This document shows positions 36,589 through 44,104 of a stretch of 49,548 bases of DNA, piece after piece. The notes beneath the pieces were generated by a model, which had not been told where the DNA came from, did no database searches, and worked only from the letters and a program-made list of their open reading frames with translations. Location: positions 1 to 49,548 of the forward strand of contig JASMDC010000026.1 of the NCBI GenBank assembly GCA_030753015.1. The letters run 5' to 3'. The translations under genes and the position numbers were made by a program. This DNA comes from Candidatus Undinarchaeales archaeon. GTDB lineage: Archaea > SpSt-1190 > JASMDC01. Position 1 is the stretch's first letter. Each line of letters starts with the position of its first letter.

Positions 36589-36814
36589 GTCATCATCACC
36601 GTTCCACGGATTACCAGGATACATCTATCCCTTCCTGATGTTGATACTGCCCACGGTAATTAATAAGGCTAATCCTTGGAGATCAGATTGGACTGCCGTA
36701 AGGCCGTTTACCCTTTCTAAACCTGAATCCCGCGGTTTCTAGGCACTACTGCTGACTTCTCGGAGTCTGAATGTGGTCGGTCGTTCAAGTCCGCAAGGAA
36801 ATGTTTTTAAGGTG

Positions 36815-36834
36815 GTAGTGCCTATAGGCACTAC
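36815..36834. promoter_or_regulatory. Perfect 20-bp palindrome GTAGTGCCTATAGGCACTAC between the transposase TATA box and ATG
   Basis: Each half equals the inner 10 bp of the TIR (TAGGCACTAC). TTTTTAAG lies at 36804-36811 and ATG at 36835. Confidence 0.75.
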
Positions 36835-38496
36835 ATGACCTTCATCCGGGAGAAGCGGTTCGGCGACCGCGTCTACAAGTACAAGGTAGAGAGCTATCGT
36901 GACGAACAGGGCCGTCCCCGACAACGGGTCCTCGAGTACCTGGGACGGGAGGCCGAGGGAGCGGATGGAGAACATGAGGCCCGACCAAAACGGTCCCGCG
37001 GAACAATGGTCGAGGAGATCCTGCCCTTCGGCGACCTGGCCCTCCTGCATGACACGGCCATGCAGATCGACCTCGTCGAGACCATCGACCGGCTCGCCCC
37101 CCGGCAGAGCACGACGTCGGTCGGGAAGGCGCTGCTGCTCCTGGCCATCAACCACCACACGGGCAGGGTGGCTCTCGAGGACGTGGGCGAGTGGTACGAG
37201 CGCAGCATGCTCAGGTACTGGCTCGGCGACCCGCCCGAGAACTTCACCGAGGAACGCCTCCTGGGTGTGCTGGACACGGTGTGCAAGCAGGATGAGGATC
37301 TCCTGCGGGACAAGACGTGGATCATCAGCCAGGCCCTGCGAGAGAGAGTGGAGGTGAAGTGGAGCCCCGAGAGCCGCTACCTCTACTATGATCGGACTCA
37401 GACCCTGTACTTCGGCGAGGAGTGCTTCTACGGTGAGTTCGGGTACGATACGGAGGGCCAGCGGAAGCGCAGGAAGGTCGGCATGGCCATCGTCATCCGG
37501 AGGGGGGACAGGTTCCCCGTCCTCTACCGTGTGTTCCGCGGGGACCGCCCCGATGTCACCACCTTCACGTCCGTGGTGGACCGCCTCGATGGCGCTGGGC
37601 TCAAGGACCTCGTCCTCGTGGTCGACAGGGGCATGAAGAGCGAGGAGAACATACGGTTCGTCGCCGACACGCCGTTCTCGGTGGTGACGGGGGTGCGTGC
37701 CAACGAAAGGATTGTCGACGAGCTTCTCCAGGGTCTCAGGGACGAGGATGTCGAGAGACCGGGGAACCGCCTCCACCGGGGCGAGCGGATATTCTGCGTG
37801 GTGGAGAGGACCGTGGACACCTCGGAGGGGGAGCGGAAGTACGTCATCTACCAGGACCCGAGGAGGCGGGGAGAGGAGAAGGCCTCCCTGCTGGAGCGGA
37901 TCTCGACGGCGGAGGAGCGGCTGGGCGAGCTCGAACAGGAGATGGCGACCTCCGATGAGCGGGGCAGGGGACGCAGGCCGAACTGGGAGCGCAGGATGAA
38001 GGACATACTCAACGGGGTCGGCCGCTACTTCAAGGCGGAGATCACGGACGGAAGGCTCGAGTGGAGCCTTCTGGAGGATGTCGTCGAGGACATGCTCCCC
38101 AGGGTCGGTAGGTCGATCCTGGTGTCCACGGACGTGAACATCCCGGCGAAGGAGGTCGTCGACGTCTACCTCGACAAGGACGAGGTGGAGAAGGTGTGGC
38201 GTCTCGGAAAGGGGTCACTCGGTCTGAAGGGCATCAACCACTACAAGCGGGACAGGGTCGTTAGTTATCTCTTCGTCTGCTATCTCGCACATCTCCTGTG
38301 GGCCATCCTGCGGTACCGGCTGAGGAAGAAGAGGGTCCACACGAGCGTGGAACGGTGCCTCCGCGCCCTTCATCGCGTGGAATTCGTCCGTCTTCGGTCC
38401 GGAAAGAAGGAGTTCCTGCAGACGCCGCCCCCCGTCGGGCTCGAGAAGAAGCTGTGCGAGGCGTTCGATCTGGAGCGCTTCAAGAAGGTCACGTAG
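36835..38496 (+). CDS. IS1634-family DDE transposase
   Basis: N-terminal YKYKVESYRDEQGRPRQRVLEYLG, YYD (D1), FGY, VVDRGMKSEEN (D2) and YLDKDEVEKVWR (Y-x6-E-x3-R); visibly more GC-rich than its neighbours. Confidence 0.9.
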   Translation: MTFIREKRFGDRVYKYKVESYRDEQGRPRQRVLEYLGREAEGADGEHEARPKRSRGTMVEEILPFGDLALLHDTAMQIDLVETIDRLAPRQSTTSVGKALLLLAINHHTGRVALEDVGEWYERSMLRYWLGDPPENFTEERLLGVLDTVCKQDEDLLRDKTWIISQALRERVEVKWSPESRYLYYDRTQTLYFGEECFYGEFGYDTEGQRKRRKVGMAIVIRRGDRFPVLYRVFRGDRPDVTTFTSVVDRLDGAGLKDLVLVVDRGMKSEENIRFVADTPFSVVTGVRANERIVDELLQGLRDEDVERPGNRLHRGERIFCVVERTVDTSEGERKYVIYQDPRRRGEEKASLLERISTAEERLGELEQEMATSDERGRGRRPNWERRMKDILNGVGRYFKAEITDGRLEWSLLEDVVEDMLPRVGRSILVSTDVNIPAKEVVDVYLDKDEVEKVWRLGKGSLGLKGINHYKRDRVVSYLFVCYLAHLLWAILRYRLRKKRVHTSVERCLRALHRVEFVRLRSGKKEFLQTPPPVGLEKKLCEAFDLERFKKVT

Positions 38497-38540
38497 CGTA
38501 GTGCCTACATCTCACGGGATTCAGGTCTAAACCGACATTT

Positions 38541-38813
38541 TTATTCCGGCTCTTCCCGCTTCTTCTTCTCCTTGACCTTGAGGCCTGCAGTGAGTAGCTT
38601 GGAAAGGGTCTGCATCTTCTGTGTGACGGTGCCTGACTCGACCATGAGCTTGTTGGTGAGGTCGATACCGAACTCGAGGTCCTTAGCCTCACCGCTCTTG
38701 AGCTCCTTTGTTGCAAGGGCGATCTGGATGTCGTGAATCTCGAACCTGATGTTGTCGATATCTCCGAGAATCTCGTAGCAAAGGCTCGAAGCTTCCTTGA
38801 GTTTCATGGCCAC
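38541..38813 (-). CDS. Small hypothetical helical protein (start GTG 38813 or ATG 38807)
   Basis: 90-aa amphipathic ORF with TTTATATA (reverse complement of 38830-38837) ~23 nt upstream of ATG 38807. Confidence 0.7.
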   Translation of the reverse strand: MAMKLKEASSLCYEILGDIDNIRFEIHDIQIALATKELKSGEAKDLEFGIDLTNKLMVESGTVTQKMQTLSKLLTAGLKVKEKKKREEPE

Positions 38814-38866
38814 GCCCTGCCGGATAATATATATAAACCCTTTGACATCCGCATTACGAGGCCGCA

Positions 38867-39652
38867 GTGGACGAGGACGTTGGGTCAGGTCTCCGCCTTC
38901 TCGACCGTGCGCTCATACTCAATAATGAGGAACGGGTCCTCCTTGTTGCGGACCTCCATCTTGGATTGGACCTTGAGCTCCGTAGGAAGGGTGTCACAAT
39001 CCCTTTTCAGACGGACCGTATCAAGAAGGCCCTTCTCTCTCTCATACGCTCTGAGACTCCCGACCGCGTTGTGATCCTGGGAGATGTACGTCACGCTATA
39101 CCTGTCGCGACCCGTAGTGAGGTCGTCCATGTCCCACGCTTCCTTGAAGCTATCAAGAAGGAGGTGTCGCTTACTATCGTACCGGGAAACCACGATGCGG
39201 GTATCCGCGACATAGTACCTGCGGACGTGGATGTTGTCCCGTCACGAGGCATACGACATGGCGATGTCGGGCTATTCCACGGCCATACATGGCCGGGGAC
39301 CGAAGTCCTGTCAGCACAGACGCTGATATGTGGGCATGTCCATCCATGTGTCACACTCACGGACGAGGGAGGTCATCCATATCGTCTGACGTGCTGGGTC
39401 ACCGCCGACCTCGACAGGGAGACCCTGCTCGAACGTTACCCTGATGTGGACGTACGGTCGCGGCGACTCATCATTATGCCTGCGTTCAATCCACTTATCA
39501 CGGGACAGAGCCTCAACACTGGCAAGCGACCTCTCGGCCCGCTCCTCAGGAACAACATTGCAATCCCTGAGAGCTTATCATACACGTTGTTGGACGGTAC
39601 GCATCTGGGAAGGATGGATGACGCACCCACAGAGTATCCAGGAAAGGTATGA
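38867..39652 (+). CDS. Archaeal metallophosphoesterase (SbcD/Mre11-related, COG1407-like)
   Basis: ADLHLG, LGD, PGNHD, HGH, GHVHP and MPAFN motifs. Confidence 0.9.
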   Translation: MDEDVGSGLRLLDRALILNNEERVLLVADLHLGLDLELRRKGVTIPFQTDRIKKALLSLIRSETPDRVVILGDVRHAIPVATRSEVVHVPRFLEAIKKEVSLTIVPGNHDAGIRDIVPADVDVVPSRGIRHGDVGLFHGHTWPGTEVLSAQTLICGHVHPCVTLTDEGGHPYRLTCWVTADLDRETLLERYPDVDVRSRRLIIMPAFNPLITGQSLNTGKRPLGPLLRNNIAIPESLSYTLLDGTHLGRMDDAPTEYPGKV

Positions 39653-39831
39653 CTGGGGAGAAAAAGGTGGGTGTGGCGTTCACCACACCCGTTTCCACCC
39701 CCAAGGTAAGAAACTGGAATGGTAAAATTGCTTTCATGGTTTATAAAGAATTGCCCGGCATCGAACGAAGGAACGCGCTCCATTGGGCGAAAAAGAGAAG
39801 ATTCTTCCGTTATTTGATCGAGCTCTCCTGA
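39649..39831 (+). CDS. Possible small basic protein (60 aa)
   Basis: ATGA overlap with the phosphoesterase is the only support. It is more AT-rich and contains a hairpin at 39669-39690. Confidence 0.3.
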   Translation: MTGEKKVGVAFTTPVSTPKVRNWNGKIAFMVYKELPGIERRNALHWAKKRRFFRYLIELS

Positions 39832-39873
39832 ACGACTGCTCATGATATATAACGTTAGTCAAAGAACGAATAC

Positions 39874-40500
39874 GTGACGGTGGATCCGACCTCAAAGCTC
39901 ACCTGGAAACGGTATTATAGCGAATGGGCGATCGAGTACGACGGGGATGTGATCACGTACGGTTACCGTCCGATGGGCGTTCTCAGAAAAGCTACCGAAC
40001 ATGTGACCATCGGCCCCAAGATACTGGACATCGGCGCAGGAACATCCTTATGGCTCGTGTCCAGAAGTGAGCTCGTCAAAGGAGAACGAAGCACAGTTGT
40101 TTCACTTGATATCTCAAGAGAGATGCTCGAACGATCCCGGTGGAGAGGTGCTGAGCCCGTCCAAGGCGACGCGGAATCTCTACCCTTCGCTGGAGGGGCC
40201 TTTGATACGGTTCTAGCTCTTGAACTAATCGAGGCTCTTCCTCGACCGGCTGACTTCCTTGCTGAGGCGAGGCGAGTCCTTCGTCCTGGTGGTTCCCTTG
40301 TGCTTACCCTTGAGCTTCCTGGAGCGGAGAACGTCGGACTCCCGGGAAGAGAGATCCCGGGAGGGGACATCATCAGGTACTCTGTCGACGATATCGCTGG
40401 AATGATCGAGGACATTGGTCTGAAGCCCGTCATCAACTTCCGGACCCGAGGATTCCACGTCTACGAGATCGTCGTCTTCTGTGCCACTGCGCCCGTCTAG
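39874..40500 (+). CDS. Class I SAM-dependent methyltransferase (Methyltransf_11-like)
   Basis: ILDIGAGT, LDISREML, GDAESLPFAGGAFDTV and RVLRPGG; TATATAA box near 39846. Confidence 0.92.
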   Translation: MTVDPTSKLTWKRYYSEWAIEYDGDVITYGYRPMGVLRKATEHVTIGPKILDIGAGTSLWLVSRSELVKGERSTVVSLDISREMLERSRWRGAEPVQGDAESLPFAGGAFDTVLALELIEALPRPADFLAEARRVLRPGGSLVLTLELPGAENVGLPGREIPGGDIIRYSVDDIAGMIEDIGLKPVINFRTRGFHVYEIVVFCATAPV

Positions 40501-41592
40501 GTACTTGTTCTTGAGCGCCAACCAGTGGACCATCCGTTCCTGCCATTCGTCAAGGATCGATGGCTCCATGAGAAGAATGAGAAAATAGCCATAGAAGAGC
40601 GAGAACACATGGAGTTCATCTGCTTCGCGATTGCCCATGTTTTGCACGGTCTCGCGATACGCCTGTGTCTCGTTCCATACCTGCTCGAGCTGTCTGTTTG
40701 CGTCCTCAACGCGGACAGAGAGCTCCTGTTGGCGTTGGTTGAGCTCTGAAAGGGACTGCTTGACACGTGTACGCTCGACACTGATGATCCCGAGCGTCCT
40801 ATTAACGTCCATCGTCCGCTCTACAAACTCCTCCCGGGAGATAGTACCATTTACCAATGCACGTTCCAGGATGGTCTTGTTCTTCGTGACCTCGTCCTCT
40901 AGCGTTCCGAGACGGACGTCGGTTATCGTCTTGTTCTCAACCTCGTCCTCGACGGACCTGAGCTCGTTCTGGGTGCTCTCCACCGTCGCGGTCGCGATCC
41001 ATTCGGCAGTAATACCATCGGCGAGCCGGTCGTATACACGCTCTGTGATACTGGAACGGAGGACAGGGAGAACGATGAATCCCATGACGAAGAGAGCGAT
41101 CAACGACTCACGTGGTCGTGAGACGACACAGGCTCCGATGCAACACCAAATAAGACCGGACGCACCGACGAGGATTGTGTCCGGCGAGATCGCTGCGAAA
41201 AAAACACCGGGTCCAAGAATCGATAGGAGAAAGAACACTGCGGCTCGATGGGGTCGTAGGCGGAGCTCAAGGAGGGTTCCGAAAACAACGAGTAGACCGA
41301 TGTTCATGACAAGGTGCCCGGGGTAGAGATGTATGAGAGCGTAAGTCAGGTAGGTGTAGGTCTGAGTCAGAGTGGTATCAAGGCCATAAAGTCCAACAAC
41401 TGTATCGAACGGCGGTGAAACGAGCAGACTGCCTCCCGTGAACCACACATAAAGGAATACGATGGTGGCCAAGAAAGAGAGGGTAACAACGGGCAAGATG
41501 GGCTCTTTACCTTTGACCTTCTCACGATTACCCTCGATTACCGGTCCCTCCGCTTTTCGTGATTCCGAAGGAATCTTAAGTATTTGCACCAA
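40225..41592 (-). CDS. Rhomboid-family intramembrane serine protease with a large coiled-coil insertion; true start probably ~41540
   Basis: HLYPGHLVMN, catalytic GASG and a His in ELHVFSLFYG after a ~135-aa heptad-rich insert. The 3' end overlaps the methyltransferase on the opposite strand. Confidence 0.82.
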   Translation of the reverse strand: MVQILKIPSESRKAEGPVIEGNREKVKGKEPILPVVTLSFLATIVFLYVWFTGGSLLVSPPFDTVVGLYGLDTTLTQTYTYLTYALIHLYPGHLVMNIGLLVVFGTLLELRLRPHRAAVFFLLSILGPGVFFAAISPDTILVGASGLIWCCIGACVVSRPRESLIALFVMGFIVLPVLRSSITERVYDRLADGITAEWIATATVESTQNELRSVEDEVENKTITDVRLGTLEDEVTKNKTILERALVNGTISREEFVERTMDVNRTLGIISVERTRVKQSLSELNQRQQELSVRVEDANRQLEQVWNETQAYRETVQNMGNREADELHVFSLFYGYFLILLMEPSILDEWQERMVHWLALKNKYLDGRSGTEDDDLVDVESSGPEVDDGLQTNVLDHSSDIVDRVPDDVPSRDLSSRESDVLRSRKLKGKHKGTTRTKDSPRLSKEVSRSRKSLD

Positions 41593-42704
41593 TGGCAGAA
41601 GCGATGGACCCTGCGTTCAATGTTACTGCTGTCACGAACACTATTACGCTCATCGAGGCTCAGTCAAATATCATACGATACATCCTCGGCGCGGTAGTGG
41701 TGGTCCTTTCTTACTTTATCTCACGGTTCGCAGGAAAAACTCTTCATAAGATCGGTTCCAAGCTCGCAGATCACACGAGCACACGAGTTGACGACGAGCT
41801 CCTTCGTGTGAGCATTAAGCCCGTAAAGGTTACGATCGTCATCATCGGTGTCCTCGGTGCCCTGTTCATTTCCGGGTGGGATGCCGATTCCCTCCGCCTG
41901 ATGGCAAATCCCCTTGTCGCCATCGCCCTGCTGGTGCTAGCGCGTATCGTCGTCCATACCAGCTGTGTGTTCATCGAGGAGTACGGCGTCCACCTCGCAG
42001 AAATGGCGGACACGAGCCTTGACAAGCGGTTCATACCGACGATACAGGCCATACTCTCCATTGTCATATACTCTGTTGCAGGTCTCATGGCCCTCTCATC
42101 GCTCGGTGTGGACGTCACTCCCCTTGTCACTCTCGGTGGGGTCGCCGGTATCGCTGTTGCTGTGGCCTCTCAGGATACTCTTGGAAATGTGGTGGCAGGG
42201 ATCATCGTCATGTACGACAAGCCTTTCGCTTCCGGGGACCTCGTTCTGATCGGAGGGCCCGAGGGTGAAGGTGGTACGGTTCTGGCGGTGGGTCTCTTCA
42301 GCACGAAGGTCAGAACGTGGGACAACAACGTGATCACGTTCCCTAATTCAGACCTGTACAAAAAGGGTGCAGTGAACTACTCGTACGGTGACGAGCGCGT
42401 CCGTGTTCGTATCCCCGTGGGTGTCGCTTATGGCACCGATATCGAAAAGGTCCGTGGGATCCTCCTCGACATCGCTAAGGAGGATGAGAGCGTGCTCGAT
42501 GAACCCGAGCCCCGAGCGCTCTTCCTTTCCTTCGGTGACTTCGCCTATGACTTTGAACTCAGGGTCTACATCAAGGACCTTATGGACATCTTCAACGTGA
42601 AGGACCGTATCAATACGAACATCAAGACGCGATTCGACGAAAAGCACATCGAGATTCCATTCCCGGTCAGGACTCTTCTAATGCCGAAGAACGCACTCAA
42701 GTGA
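41592..42704 (+). CDS. mscS: MscS-family mechanosensitive channel (start ATG 41592 or 41604)
   Basis: GGVAGIAVAVASQDTLGNVVAG, KPFASGDLV, GVAYGTDIEKV and IEIPFP. Confidence 0.92.
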   Translation: MAEAMDPAFNVTAVTNTITLIEAQSNIIRYILGAVVVVLSYFISRFAGKTLHKIGSKLADHTSTRVDDELLRVSIKPVKVTIVIIGVLGALFISGWDADSLRLMANPLVAIALLVLARIVVHTSCVFIEEYGVHLAEMADTSLDKRFIPTIQAILSIVIYSVAGLMALSSLGVDVTPLVTLGGVAGIAVAVASQDTLGNVVAGIIVMYDKPFASGDLVLIGGPEGEGGTVLAVGLFSTKVRTWDNNVITFPNSDLYKKGAVNYSYGDERVRVRIPVGVAYGTDIEKVRGILLDIAKEDESVLDEPEPRALFLSFGDFAYDFELRVYIKDLMDIFNVKDRINTNIKTRFDEKHIEIPFPVRTLLMPKNALK

Positions 42705-42801
42705 GCGTTCATCTGACCTTCGGAAGAACTTTATGGTCCGTGTCCGTTTATTGGGACACAACAGGAAACTTTATATACCGGTTTCCCTGCCGAGTGACAA
42801 C

Positions 42802-43311
42802 ATGTTCAGGAGCAAGAGGGGAGAAGTCACTATCCTGTTCGCTATGTTGGCCTTTGCTATGATGTACATGGCAACCACACTGGAGTACGGCAATGCGAAT
42901 CCTGGTAGCGGGACCACGGTCGTGGACCTGGCACCTGTCAAGTTCATCGGTGTGAATTATTTAGACCCGGAGGCCGGCTATTTCAGTGAAGGGTCCGAGG
43001 AGAAGGTAGTTTTGATCTCTCTCCGCAACAGCGGCGGAACCCATGATGAACTATCACTCGTGTTCATTCATTCCCCTCGTACTGAGATTCTGAGCGATGA
43101 CCTCGAGAAGGACTCAGAGGACATCAATGGCACCGTGTACGAGCGGTTCCTCCTTCCTGTGCTCTACAGTTCAGAAAAGGAGGTCTCCTTCACACCGTTC
43201 ACGCTCAACAGGACGAACAACGTGTCGGTGATCATCCAGAAAGAGGAATTAACGGTCAGGCTCGTTGACGACGAGAATGCCGTATTCGATGAACGGACCC
43301 TAGAGATCTGA
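42802..43311 (+). CDS. Small class III signal peptide (prepilin-like) protein
   Basis: TTTATATA at 42770-42777 points to ATG 42802. MFRSKRG|EVTILFAMLAFAMMYMA is followed by a beta-rich domain (LRNSGG). Confidence 0.7.
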   Translation: MFRSKRGEVTILFAMLAFAMMYMATTLEYGNANPGSGTTVVDLAPVKFIGVNYLDPEAGYFSEGSEEKVVLISLRNSGGTHDELSLVFIHSPRTEILSDDLEKDSEDINGTVYERFLLPVLYSSEKEVSFTPFTLNRTNNVSVIIQKEELTVRLVDDENAVFDERTLEI

Positions 43312-43387
43312 TCAACAGGGCTCCGGCCGGAATAGTTCAGATATATATGCCTTTGTCGTACTAGGTAGAACGTCGGGGTATATATCG

Positions 43388-44086
43388 TTGGTACAGGATG
43401 ACGGATTCGAATCAGAAAAGAAGCGGGTCCTCATCGTTTCCGGTGATATGGGCGAGGTGCTCCAGCTCAAAGAGCTCCTGTCGCTCTATGCCCAGGACAT
43501 GGAGCTCGACAATGCTGAGGATGGTCTCTCAGCTTTTCGCAAGCTCATCAGGACACGGTTCGACCTCATCCTTCTCGACTTCTTCCTGCCCGATGCGGAT
43601 GGCGAGGCTGTGCTCGACAAGGTCAAGGAGCTCCGACCAGGTCTGCCGGTCATCATCATGGCCGGGAAGGGCGCGGAGCAGTTCGCGGCCCATATGCTAC
43701 GGCTCGGCGCCTCCGATTATGTGCTCAAGGGCACTAACTTCCATAGCGATATGCTCCATGCTCTTAAGCGGAACCTCGAGAGGCTCGAGCAAGAGAAGCG
43801 TGTTACACTCCTTGAGGGGGTTATGGCACGGATGCCGGTGGGGGCATTGGTCATTGACGCCATGGGAACGATAGTCCTGGCCAACACGAAGGCGAAAGGG
43901 ATAATTGGTGACGTTGACCTTGAAGGAAATCCTGTAAAGGAAACATTGCCCGATGGTGATGTTATCGCTAAGGCCTGCACGAAGGCTCTTACTGGGGAGG
44001 TCGTGCAGCTCGACAGCGGTTCGGTCCAGCCAATCGAGCTCTACGGAAGCCCGTTCTGGGCAGTCGTATTCCTTAAAGACCAGTGA
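43388..44086 (+). CDS. Response-regulator receiver plus PAS-like domain protein (atypical receiver)
   Basis: FDLILLDFFLPDADG, GASDYVLKG, a coiled linker and a PAS-like MPVGALVIDAMGTIVLANTKAKGIIG. Confidence 0.85.
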   Translation: MVQDDGFESEKKRVLIVSGDMGEVLQLKELLSLYAQDMELDNAEDGLSAFRKLIRTRFDLILLDFFLPDADGEAVLDKVKELRPGLPVIIMAGKGAEQFAAHMLRLGASDYVLKGTNFHSDMLHALKRNLERLEQEKRVTLLEGVMARMPVGALVIDAMGTIVLANTKAKGIIGDVDLEGNPVKETLPDGDVIAKACTKALTGEVVQLDSGSVQPIELYGSPFWAVVFLKDQ

Positions 44087-44104
44087 TCCAGGGGACCTGC
44101 ACTG

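Larger units (their letters stand above)
36722..38525 (+). mobile_element. IS1634-family insertion sequence (1804 bp), intact
   Basis: TIRs are CCTGAATCCCGCGGTTTCTAGGCACTAC (36722-36749) and the reverse complement of 38498-38525, CCTGAATCCCGTGAGATGTAGGCACTAC (23/28 identical). The 6-bp target duplication TCTAAA is at 36716-36721 and 38526-38531. Confidence 0.93.

Noticed and set aside
35512-38525. IS1634 as the direct cause of the 35517 breakpoint
   Set aside because: The junction is ~1.2 kb from the IS end and both copies of the target duplication are intact.
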